A stretch of DNA of 63,939 bases, counting the filler, from Octopus bimaculoides (Eukaryota): assembly GCF_001194135.2 (NCBI RefSeq). It is 5 parts of 4 records of this genome, joined end to end, with 100 filler letters (N's around TTAATTAATTAA, not from the genome) between each part and the next. Parts side by side here need not be neighbours in the genome. Positions count along the whole stretch, not along the records: positions 1 to 18,875 come from NC_068983.1; positions 18,976 to 36,758 come from NC_068981.1; 3 more parts are not named here. One strand, 5' to 3'. Each line of letters starts with the position of its first letter. The first letter of the stretch is position 1. Below the pieces are notes generated by a model. That model ran no database searches, was not told where the DNA came from, and worked only from the letters and a program-made list of their open reading frames with translations. Shown piece after piece: positions 14,635 through 25,812 of the stretch. A program made the translations under genes and the position numbers.

Positions 14635-14816
14635 TGTTTGTGTTTATTTTCCTGCTGTCAGTTTTTGAAGTTTTTTTCTTGTTAATTTCTCTAATTAACA
14701 TTTTATTTTACAATCTGTTGCAGGGTATGCTACCCCAGAAATTAGTTGATTCAGCACTGGGTGGCATGCAGCTAGATTATTTAAAACATCTACGACATCA
14801 TGTTGAGCAGCTCTGA
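1672..14816 (+). CDS. STARD3: STARD3/MLN64-like sterol transfer protein, 5'-partial, 8 exons: join(1672..1792,2512..2628,6645..6724,7272..7433,9516..9611,10555..10739,13417..13510,14724..14816), 315 aa visible
   Basis: All introns GT-AG with matching phases. The translation has the MENTAL C-terminal motif WIETWFLDFKVLPQE, an FFAT-like linker EFHSPIDS, and START motifs SRDF, VRGENG, NTNLKG-LP. Earlier MENTAL exons were not found and are probably upstream of the window. Confidence 0.93.
1850..2331 (+). mobile_element. Degenerate Tc1/mariner-superfamily transposase N-terminus (HTH) with right terminal inverted repeat
   Basis: Frameshifted MLTIEECTFLVEW...RFRNTGSVEDTARSGRP; ends in gaacaccctgTA. 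Confidence 0.7.
2512..2628 (+). CDS. STARD3: STARD3-like exon, linker with FFAT-like motif (RTLIPAISERTPLLRGNNPENPDAISTTDEFHSPIDSPA)
   Basis: Polypyrimidine tract + ag, gtaagt donor, phase 1 to 1; resembles the ERAxL..QFYSPPES segment of vertebrate STARD3. Confidence 0.88.
3075..3890 (+). mobile_element. RTE-clade LINE 3' end: ORF C-terminus, N gap, 3' UTR and (GAT)n tail
   Basis: QERRLRWYGHVVRM...GTRGRGRPRKTW...DRDLWK is intact and followed by the high-copy gagtggttggcgttaggaagggcatcc UTR. Confidence 0.88.
3960..4350 (+). mobile_element. Older degenerate RTE LINE 3' fragment
   Basis: Decayed VQERRLHW..CIKKCQAL..EMTED..W similarity to the copy at 3075. Confidence 0.65.
4965..5365 (-). mobile_element. 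SINE family 1, near full length
   Basis: tRNA-like head at about 5290-5365 (- strand), internal CA/TA tract, family tail. Confidence 0.8.
5429..6620. repeat. Intronic mosaic tandem duplication (main units about 5588-5900 and 6241-6560)
   Basis: Core 5626-5800 vs 6277-6450 differs at about 10 of about 175 positions by eye; partial units at 5429 and 6586. Confidence 0.9.
6645..6724 (+). CDS. STARD3: STARD3-like exon, acidic linker (SSDEEPMEGTNQYNETVHRQTLNNKTL)
   Basis: atag acceptor, gtaagt donor, phase 1 to 0 links the flanking exons. Confidence 0.8.
7013..7241. mobile_element. TTAA-flanked piggyBac-like MITE (related copies at about 16337-16480 and 23880-24078)
   Basis: Termini ttaatccttcagtatt / gaatgcttatgggttaa; ttaaccctttagc-type ends in the other copies. 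Confidence 0.6.
7272..7433 (+). CDS. STARD3: STARD3-like exon, START domain N-terminus (MDLSYLKLGKDSWEQVYSLYKSESNWVFQ...GNKIFFLQ)
   Basis: ttttcag acceptor, gtaaga donor, 54 codons; aligns with EYIRQGKEA..ENWKF..GKTFIL of STARD3. Confidence 0.9.
8317..8655 (-). mobile_element. RTE 3' UTR-derived high-copy repeat with an internal 33-bp duplication
   Basis: Reverse complement of the 3646-3890 sequence; gaaggccagtcaggcggtactggcaacggccac occurs twice. Confidence 0.85.
8725..8960 (-). mobile_element. LINE ORF2 3' end, second family (related copies about 22860-23045 + and 34690-35040 -)
   Basis: RIRWWDNIHNLSWSCLGIQPE..AASDRTVWRRCL, typical of non-LTR ORF C-termini. Confidence 0.7.
9516..9611 (+). 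CDS. STARD3: STARD3-like START exon (AVLNISAKELWEDLVFRTEDLPTWNPTIADSK)
   Basis: ag/gtaata, 32 codons, WN motif. Confidence 0.88.
10555..10739 (+). CDS. STARD3: STARD3-like START exon (LIKPLSENCDISYYVAAPGAKGLVKSRDFVVVRKW...PPVDKCV)
   Basis: ttgcag/gtatgt, SRDF motif, phase 0 to 2. Confidence 0.95.
10855..11045. repeat. About 21-bp degenerate minisatellite (aaacaaattaaaataatcttg)
   Basis: About 9 imperfect units. Confidence 0.85.
11354..11605. mobile_element. TTAA-flanked MITE
   Basis: ttaacctttttgctgcagaa vs reverse complement of ttttgcagttaaaaggttaa (17/20 match). Confidence 0.7.
13417..13510 (+). CDS. STARD3: STARD3-like START exon (RGENGAGGYLVEPLSTEPNKCKFYWFCNTNLK)
   Basis: tttcag/gtaaga, GENG and NTNLK motifs, phase 2 to 0. 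Confidence 0.95.
13640..14160 (-). mobile_element. Degenerate RTE LINE 3' fragment
   Basis: - strand remnants GTCGRGR and DVQERRQR. Confidence 0.6.
14724..14816 (+). CDS. STARD3: STARD3-like last coding exon (GMLPQKLVDSALGGMQLDYLKHLRHHVEQL*)
   Basis: ttgcag acceptor, C-terminal START helix, TGA stop. Confidence 0.93.
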   Translation, partial: GMLPQKLVDSALGGMQLDYLKHLRHHVEQL

Positions 14817-16479
14817 CAATATAAGGTGTGAAACTGCTTGTAATATACCCAAGAAAGTGACTGTAATTTATCTGGAAATATACCATCATTGAACTCCTCT
14901 TTAGTTCTCAAGCACTGGATCACAAGATCATAATGTCTAAAAGATCATATTCTTTTTTAATTTGTATTTTTTACAGCTCATATATATATATATAATGATA
15001 ATAATAATTTTACCAATACTGTTACAAAATTGGAGAGACAAAGTTTATGATATAAAACTTTAATATATTTCATGTTTCTCACAAAATGGATCAATGTCAT
15101 TACTTCACTCCACCTCATGCTTTAAATTTTTCTTTCCAAAAAAAAAAAAAAAGATAAGAAAGGAAATTGTGTTATTTTTCTTCTCCTTCCTGCCAAGATG
15201 TAAAAAATATCATCACTTCTGGATTATAGAGAAAGTTAAATAATTCATTTTGACTATCTGTGAGATAAAACCAGCAGACTTTCGCTTACATGATGTCCCC
15301 TTATGAAGGGAATTAACTCTACAACTCTACCCAAGTGATAAACTGAATTCTTCTTATGCCTGTTCTCCCCAGTCCCTGCTTCCAATCTCCCTCTCATTCA
15401 CAAACATACATTAAAAAATTTTTTTAACATTAAAATTGAAACTAAACAATTATCAATGAATAAATAATTAAATATTCTTGAAATTAATTAATTTGATTGG
15501 ATTCTTGAATTTTTTTTTTTTTTTTTGCTGGAGAATGTTGAAGATTTTATTTNNNNNNNNNNTGAACCTAATGTTCAAAACTCATTTATTAAAAATTTGC
15601 ACATATTTTGTTTTCAATAATAATGATGATGATGATGATTATGATGATTTCAAATTTTGGTACAAGGCCAGCAAATCTAAGGAAATGGGCAGGTCGATTA
15701 CATTGGTATCCATGTTTCACTGGTACTTATTTTATTGACACCTAAAGGATGAAAGACGGAGTCAACCTTGGTGAACTGGAATTTTAATTCAGAATGTAAA
15801 GATGAACAAAATGCCACTAAGCATCTTGCCTGGTGTGCTAAGTGAAGCCCAACAGTATTTGAACTCAGAACATAAAGCCGAAAGAAATGCTGCTAAACAT
15901 TTCTTTTCCAGTACAGTAACAGTTCTGCCAGCACATCATCTGATAATAATAATTTATACAAACTGAGGAGGCCAAAGTTTCCTTTTAAGCATTATCTATT
16001 TCTGGCTCTTGTTAATTTTAGATTTCATTTATTTGAGTTTTATTCTATCCACAAAATTTGTACATCATCAGCCGGCTTCATTCATTTCTACATTTTATTT
16101 TTTGTAGGAAGTGATCTGAAGATACAGCAACTGATATTATGGTGCTGGGTTACTGATCACATGTCTCAAAGTTTAAACATTGCTACACTCATATTCTATA
16201 AATTGACATAAAAAATTATTCGAATTGCTCATTTGCTTGGTTAATAATGATAGAACTAGTTACCAAAGGGTTTCTAGAGATTGCTCTGTCTGCTAGCATT
16301 AACTATCAAATATTTCTCAAATAGCACCTCACTGTCTTAACCCTTTAGCTTTCAGATTACTCTGTCAAATATAATGCTTATTTAATCACATTGTTTTGAT
16401 CTAATCGTGCATTATGTCATAGCTTTAAGATTTTTCCCACAAGTCTTGATGTTGGATGAGAAGGGGGATGCAAACCGAA

Positions 16480-17960
16480 TGATTTTATGGTAGCACTTCC
16501 TTTTTCAGGTGTTAGGGCCCAGCATATAAGAGATGCAGTCCTTAAACCCACCAAATGCCAGAGCCTTGTTGTAATAGGGGGTTGTGGCTATCATCAGAAG
16601 CCCATGTGTGTTCAGTTTGAATGTAGAACAGATAGAATATTTAAGCCAGATATTTTTTTTTTCTTTTATAGTTTCAGCTCTATAGTTACTTCTCTCTAAA
16701 GCATCTTCTTTGCTTTTGCTGCAGTTTATGATGCTGCTGCTATGCCAGTCATTAGGTACAACATCTTTATTAACTGTATGGCTGGTGATCATGTATCCTA
16801 CCTCACCAGATATTTTGAGCATTTTTGCAGCTATCCTTGATGGACATATAGCTTTCCCTCTCTTCATGTCCTTAATTGCTTTATATACTAAGCTGCTGTT
16901 CACTAGAATTGCTAGTCTTTTTCTGTAGGATCAGCGTGACGTAGCCCCTCTTTGTCCCATACATCATTCTTCACATTCAGCATCCTTTCATAATAGCACT
17001 TCCACATCTTTCTTGTTTTCCATATCTATGGCAAGTATGTATTCATCATTCTGAGTACACTTCTCATTACTGATATCTCAGTTCTCTTTCACACTGTCCC
17101 ACAACCCTGAAAAATTTTCTTCTATAGCCAAATATAACTGTCATCTAGCTTCACCCATAACCATATATACCTGTCATCTATGTTCTAGCCATTTGATAAT
17201 GCTTTCTACTACCAGCTTCCTTTCAGATTTTCCAAGCCTGTTCCTTAGCCTTTACTGTTTTATCAACTATATCATTCCATCACCCTTCGTTCACTCTAGC
17301 TGCATGTCTGATCTGTAGCCCAAGGCTGTTTATTTCATAGAAATTCCCAGTTATCATTGATACTGTGGGTATCCAGATCTTTCTCCCTACAGTCATATAC
17401 ATCAATTAGAATTTCTCTAAACCATTTCTCAATTGAAGGATCCTTTAATCTACATATCTTCCTTCTCCATACTGTCTTGTGTCTGTGTCTACCTAGCTCT
17501 TACTCGGAAGTCACCAGTCACTAATCTATGATGTGCAGTGCATTCTTCACTAGGAAAGGTTTTGTTATCTACAGTATCATTTCAGTCTTATTTTCTGGGG
17601 AAAATGTAATCTAACTGACTTGTGTGTTTGCTAAATTGGAAGGTGATGAGATGATTGGCTAATTTCTTAAACTGCATGTTGCAAATTGTTAGATCATTTG
17701 TATCACAGAACTCCAGAAGCCTCACACTCTCATCATTTCTTGAACCATATCCACAACCCTCAAATGTCATGTAAGCTATCATCATGTTGGCCAACATTTC
17801 TGCTGAAGTTCCTACCAGTCATCACTGAGAGAATCTGCAGAAGGGTTTCATAGAAGTGGTCCCTTCTTCTAACAGTCCTGCCTCTGGAACACATACTGAG
17901 ATAAATGTTGCTCTTGAGTGGCCGACAGTCTCAATTATCCTACATCAATTACTTTTTCTA
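16480..17960 (-). mobile_element. Degenerate RTE LINE, AP-endonuclease through RT N-terminus
   Basis: GYGSRNDESVRLLEFCDTNDLTICN..FKK..HLITF....SQLDYI (APE) and KAIKDMKRGKA....AKMLK...DW..S.IIN..K.K.DALERSNYR (RT domain 0/1). Confidence 0.85.
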
Positions 17961-18875
17961 GCTATTTCTCAGCTGACAGTATACCCACCCATCCTTTCTA
18001 TCACTATTACTCTTCTCAGAAGAATTATACTGCTATCTCTGGCCTGTTAAGGATCTTTTCTGTCTTACCTTTTGTACAAAGTCTCTGTGTCAGCACAATG
18101 AAAAACAGGTCTGACTTACATGCATACATACATATATACATACATACATACATACATACACAAAGAGCGAAAAATTGATAGATACATGCATATCTATATA
18201 TATGCGCACGCACACACGCACGTACATACATACATACTCGCTAGCTCACTCAGATTCAATTTTCCATTAGAAAATGAAATGTAAGGGAGAATACTCCCGA
18301 CTAACTCCTTCAATTAAAAACGTGAAAGCTTGTTTACTAAATGCAAATATACAATCTCGATGATTCACTAATTAAAGTATATTAAATCACAAAAAATTTC
18401 ATCGACAACCAAATCAAAAGGAACGAACCCACCAGCACTTACAGCATAAATAAACCACTGGATAATAGTTGTGGTCACTGAAAGATACCTCAATAGTTAA
18501 GAAAATACCTAAGTAGAAACAACCGCTCCATTGTTTATACTGAATTTACGATAATAATACAAAAAAAAAAAACCCCCAGTTTCTCTGTGATAACGAGCAA
18601 AGGAGGAAGAGATGGCATAACTACAGAGTTGTACCCCCACGACTTTGGAAGGTCATAACTTTCAGAAAAATGAATATTTTTTAATGAAATTTTCTATACA
18701 TATATTATTTATTATGTAGATTCCGGATATACAAAAATTTTCGGTGAAAGTGTTTTGGAATGGGGGTGGGGGACAATTTTCGGAAATTCCAACAGAGTCC
18801 ACTTAAATTCCTCTTAACTTCCAGGAAAATGAATATTTTTTCGTGAAATTTTCTACAAATATACCTTGATGTATG

Positions 18876-18975
18876 NNNNNNNNNNNNNNNNNNNNNNNNN
18901 NNNNNNNNNNNNNNNNNNNTTAATTAATTAANNNNNNNNNNNNNNNNNNNNNNNNNNNNNNNNNNNNNNNNNNNN
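18876..18975. other. Scaffold join of unknown size: 44 N + TTAATTAATTAA + 44 N (also 36759-36858, 49678-49777, 62750-62849)
   Basis: The same 100-bp cassette occurs four times; the 12-mer is palindromic with stops in all six frames, i.e. an artificial spacer. Confidence 0.95.
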
Positions 18976-19684
18976 GTGGCTGCCATCGCGGCGAATTTCT
19001 GCACGTGGGGCCGAAATAGCTTGTGGTGTGTGCGTACGAGTAGATGTAATCGCCTTACCTCGGTTTTCCTTTCCTCGACTGCGAGTCTGTCTTGCGGTAT
19101 CCAATCCTTGAAGCTTGCCCCGACCCAAAGTACACCAGGAATAGCAGCTGCCTCTCCCAAACCTAGACCGTCGCTTAACACGTCTTGTCCTGACCACAAC
19201 CCCGTTCGAAAAGGGCACGAATCCCGATCGAGGCTCCCTCTGCCCTTTTTTCCCCTTCCGGTCGACTCGCCCTTCCGGTCAGCCTCCCAAGACACTGACA
19301 TCATACCACAAAATCTAAACTAAAAAATAACAAATATGGTGTATTTTCACACAAAGCAAGACACATAAGCAAATAAAGGACACTTTACATAATCACTTCA
19401 CTTGCTAGTAATAATAAGTAAATCCTTCTCAAATGATTATATCCTACAATCTTAAACAAGGGAGGATACATTGGACAGTGTAGTCTTAGACACTAAAAAA
19501 TTAAATGAAGTCCTGGACCAAAATACTTTTGATCATAAGTTTGCCCAGTTAAGTTTGACTGTGTTTAAAAACCAGCCATCTTTGACAAACAAATAATGAG
19601 ATGAAAATGATACATGTCCACTTTGTAATGTTATTTGTTAATAGCAAATGGTTATAAATTGACTATATTATGTCAGAAATAATC

Positions 19685-19897
19685 CTTTTTACTCTAGGCA
19701 CAAGGCCCGAAATTTTGGGGAAGGGTGCCAGTATTTTAGATCGACTCCAGTACACAACTGGTACTTAATTTATCGAACCTGAAAGGATGAAAGGCAAAGA
19801 CAACCTCAGCGGAATTTGAACTCAGAACGTAAAGACAGACAAAATACTGCTATGCATTTCGCCCGGCATGCTAATGTTTCTGCCAGTTCACCACCTT
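19685..19897 (-). mobile_element. SINE family 2 (tRNA head, gtcgactttgcctttcatcctttc domain)
   Basis: A/B-box-like gagctggcagaa and gagttcaaattcc; further copies at about 15640-15940, 20225-20360, 36905-37100, 42660-42870, 54925-55090. Confidence 0.8.
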
Positions 19898-19943
19898 AAT
19901 ATTATATCAGAAATAATAAAGATATTGTTACCACATTATGTAC

Positions 19944-20025
19944 CTCCACAAATCTTTCCATTAGAAGTAGGGCAGTTGGTATCATCGCATTCACAATATT
20001 TTCCAGTGTATACTTGATTAGTTCT
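19944..20025 (-). CDS. I-EGF gene exon B' (RTNQVYTGKYCECDDTNCPTSNGKICG), paralog of exon B
   Basis: Same 82-nt length and phases as B; ttttag/gtacat. Confidence 0.92.
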
Positions 20026-20432
20026 CTAAAATTTAATATAAGAAATACAAATGTTTAGGCAAATAGATCAATAAATTGCATTAATATACTTTATGAAATG
20101 ATGAAATCTTTTTTTATTCTGCATGAAGAGGAGGAAATTCCAGCTTCTATAAGTTTGCTGAAGAGGTGAATTTCTCTTAAATCCTGGAAAAGAATCTCAG
20201 GAAATGATGCTTTTTTTTCCTACTATAGGCACAAAACCTGACACTTTAGAGGAGTAGGCTAGTCAATTACACTGACCACAGTTCTTGATGGGTACTTTTT
20301 TATTGACCCTGAGAGGATGAAAAGCAAAGTCGATCTCAATGGAATTTGAACTGGAAATAAAAAGTCTACCAAATCCACTCACAAGGCTATAGTCTTCTAC
20401 TATAGCCTTGTGAAACTGAAAGAAGCCCATTG

Positions 20433-20475
<43 letters not shown>

Positions 20476-23400
20476 NNNNNNNNNNNNNNNNNNNNNNNNN
20501 NNNNNNNNNNNNNNNNNNNNNNNNNNNNNNNNNNNNNNNNNNNNNNNNNNNNNNNNNNNNNNNNNNNNNNNNNNNNNNNNNNNNNNNNNNNNNNNNNNNN
20601 NNNNNNNNNNNNNNNNNNNNNNNNNNNNNNNNNNNNNNNNNNNNNNNNNNNNNNNNNNNNNNNNNNNNNNNNNNNNNNNNNNNNNNNNNNNNNNNNNNNN
20701 NNNNNNNNNNNNNNNNNNNNNNNNNNNNNNNNNNNNNNNNNNNNNNNNNNNNNNNNNNNNNNNNNNNNNNNNNNNNNNNNNNNNNNNNNNNNNNNNNNNN
20801 NNNNNNNNNNNNNNNNNNNNNNNNNNNNNNNNNNNNNNNNNNNNNNNNNNNNNNNNNNNNNNNGAGCGTGGCCGTTGCCAGTACCGCCTGACTGGCTCCC
20901 GTAGGATTTTCGAGTGAGATCGTTGCCAGTGCCCCTGGACTGGCTTGTGCGGGTGGCACATAAAAGACACCATTTCGAGCGTGGCCGTTTTCGTGCGGGT
21001 GACACGTAAAAGCACCCACTACACTCTCTGAGTGGTTGGCGTTAGGAAGGGCATCCAGTTGTGGAAACTCTGCCAAATTAGATTGGAGCCTGGTGTTGCC
21101 ATCCGGTTTCACCAGTCCTCAGTCAAATCGTCCAACCCATGCTAGCATGGAAAGCGGACGTTAAACGACGATGATGATGATGATATGTACATGTGTATAT
21201 CTATGTATGTGTATCTTTGTGCCTGTGTTTGTGTCTCCCCCACCCACAAACTGCTTGACAACCAGTATCGGTGTGTTTACATCTCCGTAACTTAGCAGGT
21301 CAGCTAAGTTATGGATCAATAGAATCAGTACCAGGTGAGCTGGCAGAATCGTTTGCACGCCAGGCGAAATGCTTAGCAGTATTTCGTCTGCTGCTATGTT
21401 CTGAGTTCAAATTCCGCCGAGGTCGACTTTGCCTTTCATCCTTTCAGGGTCAATTAAATAAGTACCAGTTACGCACTGGGGTCGATATAATCGACTTAAT
21501 CCGTTTGTCTGTCCTTGTTTGTCCCCCATGTGGGCAGTAAAGAAATAAGAATAAGTACCAGGCTTAAACAGTAAAAAATGAACTGGCATCAAATTATTCA
21601 ACTAAAATTCTTCAATGTGGTGCCCCAGCATGGCCCAGTCTAATGACTGAAACAAGTAAAAGAATAAAAGAATAATATCAACAAAATGTCATTGCTATTA
21701 AGAATTTAAATTATAAAATCAATTTGTGAGAAAGAATGTAATAAGCTGATATTGAACTAATAATGAATATACTTTTCATTCATTACTGACTATGAAACAA
21801 TATGTATGTATGTATGTATGTATGTATGTGTGTGTGTGTGTGCGTGCATGCATGCATATGTGCCTGCATGCATGTGTGTGCGTGTGTGTGTGTGTGTGTA
21901 TGTGTGTGTGTGGTCCAGAAACAAGCAAGATATTCAACTTCATAATGAAGCGGTTGTTGTTTCAAAATTTCCCTCTTCTAGAAAGATGTCTAAACAGAAG
22001 CTAGAGGTCTCTCACTCCCAGCTGTTGGATGGCCAATGACTCTACTGAATTCATATACTGTGCTTTGGACAGGTTTTGTTTTTCATTCTGCAAAGTGTCC
22101 AGTGTAAATCACCCTCCTTACCAATGTTGCTGGCTTAGTTGAGATGGGGCAACTACGCAACAGGTTGTACTGGGTTACATGTTAACAGCACCATAAGAGA
22201 GACCTGACATAAACATACACACACATTCACACACACACATACACACACACACACAACTAACACTTGCTTCTCATAATTTTAGTTTCTTGTTTTCCCCCTT
22301 TTTACTCACTTTGTATTCCTAACTTCTACTTTAAGAGGAGTCTAACAGAATCTTGTACAGAAAGATAAGAAACTCATCTAAGAAATAACATTATTCAAAA
22401 TATTAACGATATTTAATATAGATAGATGATTGGAATAAAACAGTACATACTGGTATTTTATTGCAGCGGCAAAAACCTCTTGAACATCTACCTCTGTTTG
22501 AGCAGATAACTGATGAGTTACTAAAAAAAATAATAAAATAAAATAGATAAAATATTCTGTGGTAGAGTATAACTGATTTAATTTTTCATAAACTATTCTT
22601 TCCAAGAAACTTTTGAAATACCTATTTTAAAATGTTTGATGTTGTAGTCGTTAACTGGTCAGCCTCTGGTCAACCTTGATTGAGTTAGTATTTCATTGAA
22701 GGATTTCTAACCATGACCTTTCTGATTTTTTTTTTTTTACATAGTGTATCTAAGGTTACATTTTTAAATGTGTTTCTGTTTTTTATCTCTTTTTTTGTGT
22801 TCATTTGATCAGAAAGAATTCCATGATGTTTTTTTAAGCTTAGCCAACTAGCAGAAGACTAAGTGTAGACCAAGAACAAGATGGTTGGATGGTATTCATA
22901 GTCTTGGTTTGTCACTAGGGAATCCAGCCAGAAAAATGTGATGATGGCTGTTTGATTTAGGACCCCCATGGTGGAGGTACCTGATGCCTCTACGGCTATG
23001 ATCCTCCCCAGAATAGTGAGTGGAGAAGATGGATGGATGGATTTGACAAATTTTGCTGCTACTTCTACTGTAGAGTAGTTGAAGAACTTCACTGAGGTTC
23101 CTTGTTTCTTCATCTGAATATGGTTGCTATTGTTTAACTCCATATCAACTCTGATCTAGTAGACCTCATTTTTGGTCTACTACCAGGTATCCTGCTGGTT
23201 CAAAAGGGTTCCAACTATGACCATCTTCTATTTTCCCTATGTGCAGGAAACCTAAGAACATATGATTCAAACCATAACATAATATGCACTTTTTGATGAT
23301 GGTAGAATGTGATTTGAGAAAGATTTCTCACATGTCAAACAATCACATACCATTCTTCTTAATATTATTTCAATATGGTTGATGTTACGGTTGACTTATG

Positions 23401-25722
23401 ATTCAACTGACTTATGATCAAAGCCATTCCAGCCATGATGGACTCATCTTTTTCCTGTGTACAGAAAACCCAGGAATACATCATTAAATGTTCACTTTTA
23501 AGATGGTACAGAGAAACTGATATTTGAGGGAAATTTGACAGTTATTTCTAGTATAATATAATAATGAAATTATTGTGTACAGTGCTCAAGTGCACTACAA
23601 CTCATCAAAGCTGCATGTACAGTACATAGAATTATGTACAAAAGTCAGGAAAGTGAATAGTGTAAGACTCATGATATACATATATGCATGTGTGTGGAGG
23701 CAGGGATATCAAATGTAGAGTTGGCAAATTTCAGGAAACGTAGCAGTTTTAAAGGCTGCAGTGTCTCGGCAACTAACAACTGATGCAGGTAGTTTGTTCC
23801 ATGCCTCAGCAACTTTGAGTGTGAAAAAACGTTTCCAAAAGTCATGGAAGCTGTTTCCAAAAGTCATAAACCCATAGTATTCAAGTTGGTCATATCAAGC
23901 CTAAATATTTTACTAGTTTTATGTTAAAACTGGCATCTCACACCTACCTTACAATGTCATTCTGAATGTAAGCAATCATATGAAAATCTTAGCTACAAGA
24001 TAATGCATGATAAATTCAAAACAATGTGAATAAATAAGCATTGCATTTGAGAGAGTAATCTGAATGCTAAAGGGTTAAAAGTTATTGTAACCATTATTAC
24101 TGTAATAATATCAGTCTTGAAAAGTTGTTTTTATTTTATGAGTAATAAAGCCAAGACAACATATATAGTTGATAGAAAATCCTTACATGTGTTACTGATA
24201 TTTTTTTAAACCTAAAGAAATGAAAAGATATGAAATCATAATGTAGATGGATGTAATTAAATGACATAAGCATTTATTCAAACCATTTGCTATGTGAATG
24301 TAGAGAAGACGTTTCTCATTTGCTCAAAGTGAACAATGTGGTTGTTGTTTAATCACAGATCAGCTCTAATTGGAAAAACCTATGACAAAAGGCACTCCAG
24401 TCAAGACTATCTGTTATGGGGATAATAGTAATAATGGTATACCTCTCCCACGTGACAAGTGATATGTGATAGTCACTATAAATAAGTGATGTTAGTCAGT
24501 ATAAGGAGAGAGTCCAAAGTAGACAGTCATAGATTAGTCCTGTCTTACTTGTCTAACAACTATATTGCTATACTAAAGTGGGCATTATAACAATCCAACA
24601 TAAAGGATTACAATGCTGACCTGCTCTTTTGAGTAGTGGAAACTTCATTGTTAAATATAAAGCTTGATTTCAGAAAGTAATTAATATGGAGGATACTTTA
24701 TTGAAAATTGAGGCCAGTCAACCATTACAAAGGTATCACGTTACAAGGAGGAAAGGTGGATATTGTTAGTGACGAGATGATACACTTGCCTGCCAGAAAA
24801 CAACTTCTGCTTTCTCTTTCTTATGTTTTCTATTTCCTTACAACGCTGACCTGTTTTTTTTGTGTATTGGAAACTTCATTGAGGAATATAAAACTTGATT
24901 TCAGAAAGTAAGTAATATGGAGGATACTTTATTGAAAATTGAGGTCAGTCAACATTACAAAGGTAAGGAGGAAAGGCGGATATTGTTAGCAGCAATAGAG
25001 CAGACAGATGAGATGGTACACTTGCCTGCCAGAAAACAACTGCCACTTTCTCTTTCTTATGTTTTCTATTTCATTCTTTCAGAGAAGTGGTTGGTATAAG
25101 AGGCAGTGAGAAATATAGACTACTTAGAGACAGTGTGATAAGCAGTGAAATAAAGGACTGATAGTGTTTTGGTTACATATATAGACATGCTTTCATAAGC
25201 TCCATTATTATAGGGATATTACAGTTATTATCAATATTATTATTATAACCATTATTGTTATTATAGTAGAGGACACACTACTTTGTGGTTAGGGTGTTGC
25301 ACTCATGATTGCAAGATTGTGTTTCAATTCCTTGACCAGGTGGTGCATTGTATTTTTAAGCAAAACACTTCATCTCACATTGTTCTGCAATCACTTTGAC
25401 ACCTGACATATGGCACACTGTGCTCCTTTTCAGGTAACGTCAATTCGATGGATGGAGTGAGCAAATGTACAGCACATATTTTTGATCACTATAAACAAAT
25501 CATTTGTGCAGATCATTCAGCAAAAATGCTAAATATTCATATGTTGTCTTCAATGACAGAGTCCATCATTATAGCAGAATTGGTGTAATTCCAGTCAAAA
25601 TACTTTCTGCTATTCACTTACATTCCTTTACTTTAAATTTGTGACATTGATGTTCCAAGGATAGAAATTCTATTCATTACAAATAATATAAAATCATAGA
25701 AATTAAATGTTAAACAAATCAT

Positions 25723-25753
<31 letters not shown>

Positions 25754-25764
25754 AGCAGCAACAG

Positions 25765-25812
<48 letters not shown>

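Noticed and set aside
18920-18931. TTAATTAATTAA palindrome recurring four times
   Set aside because: Always centred in 44 N + 44 N; an artificial six-frame-stop scaffold spacer, not biology.
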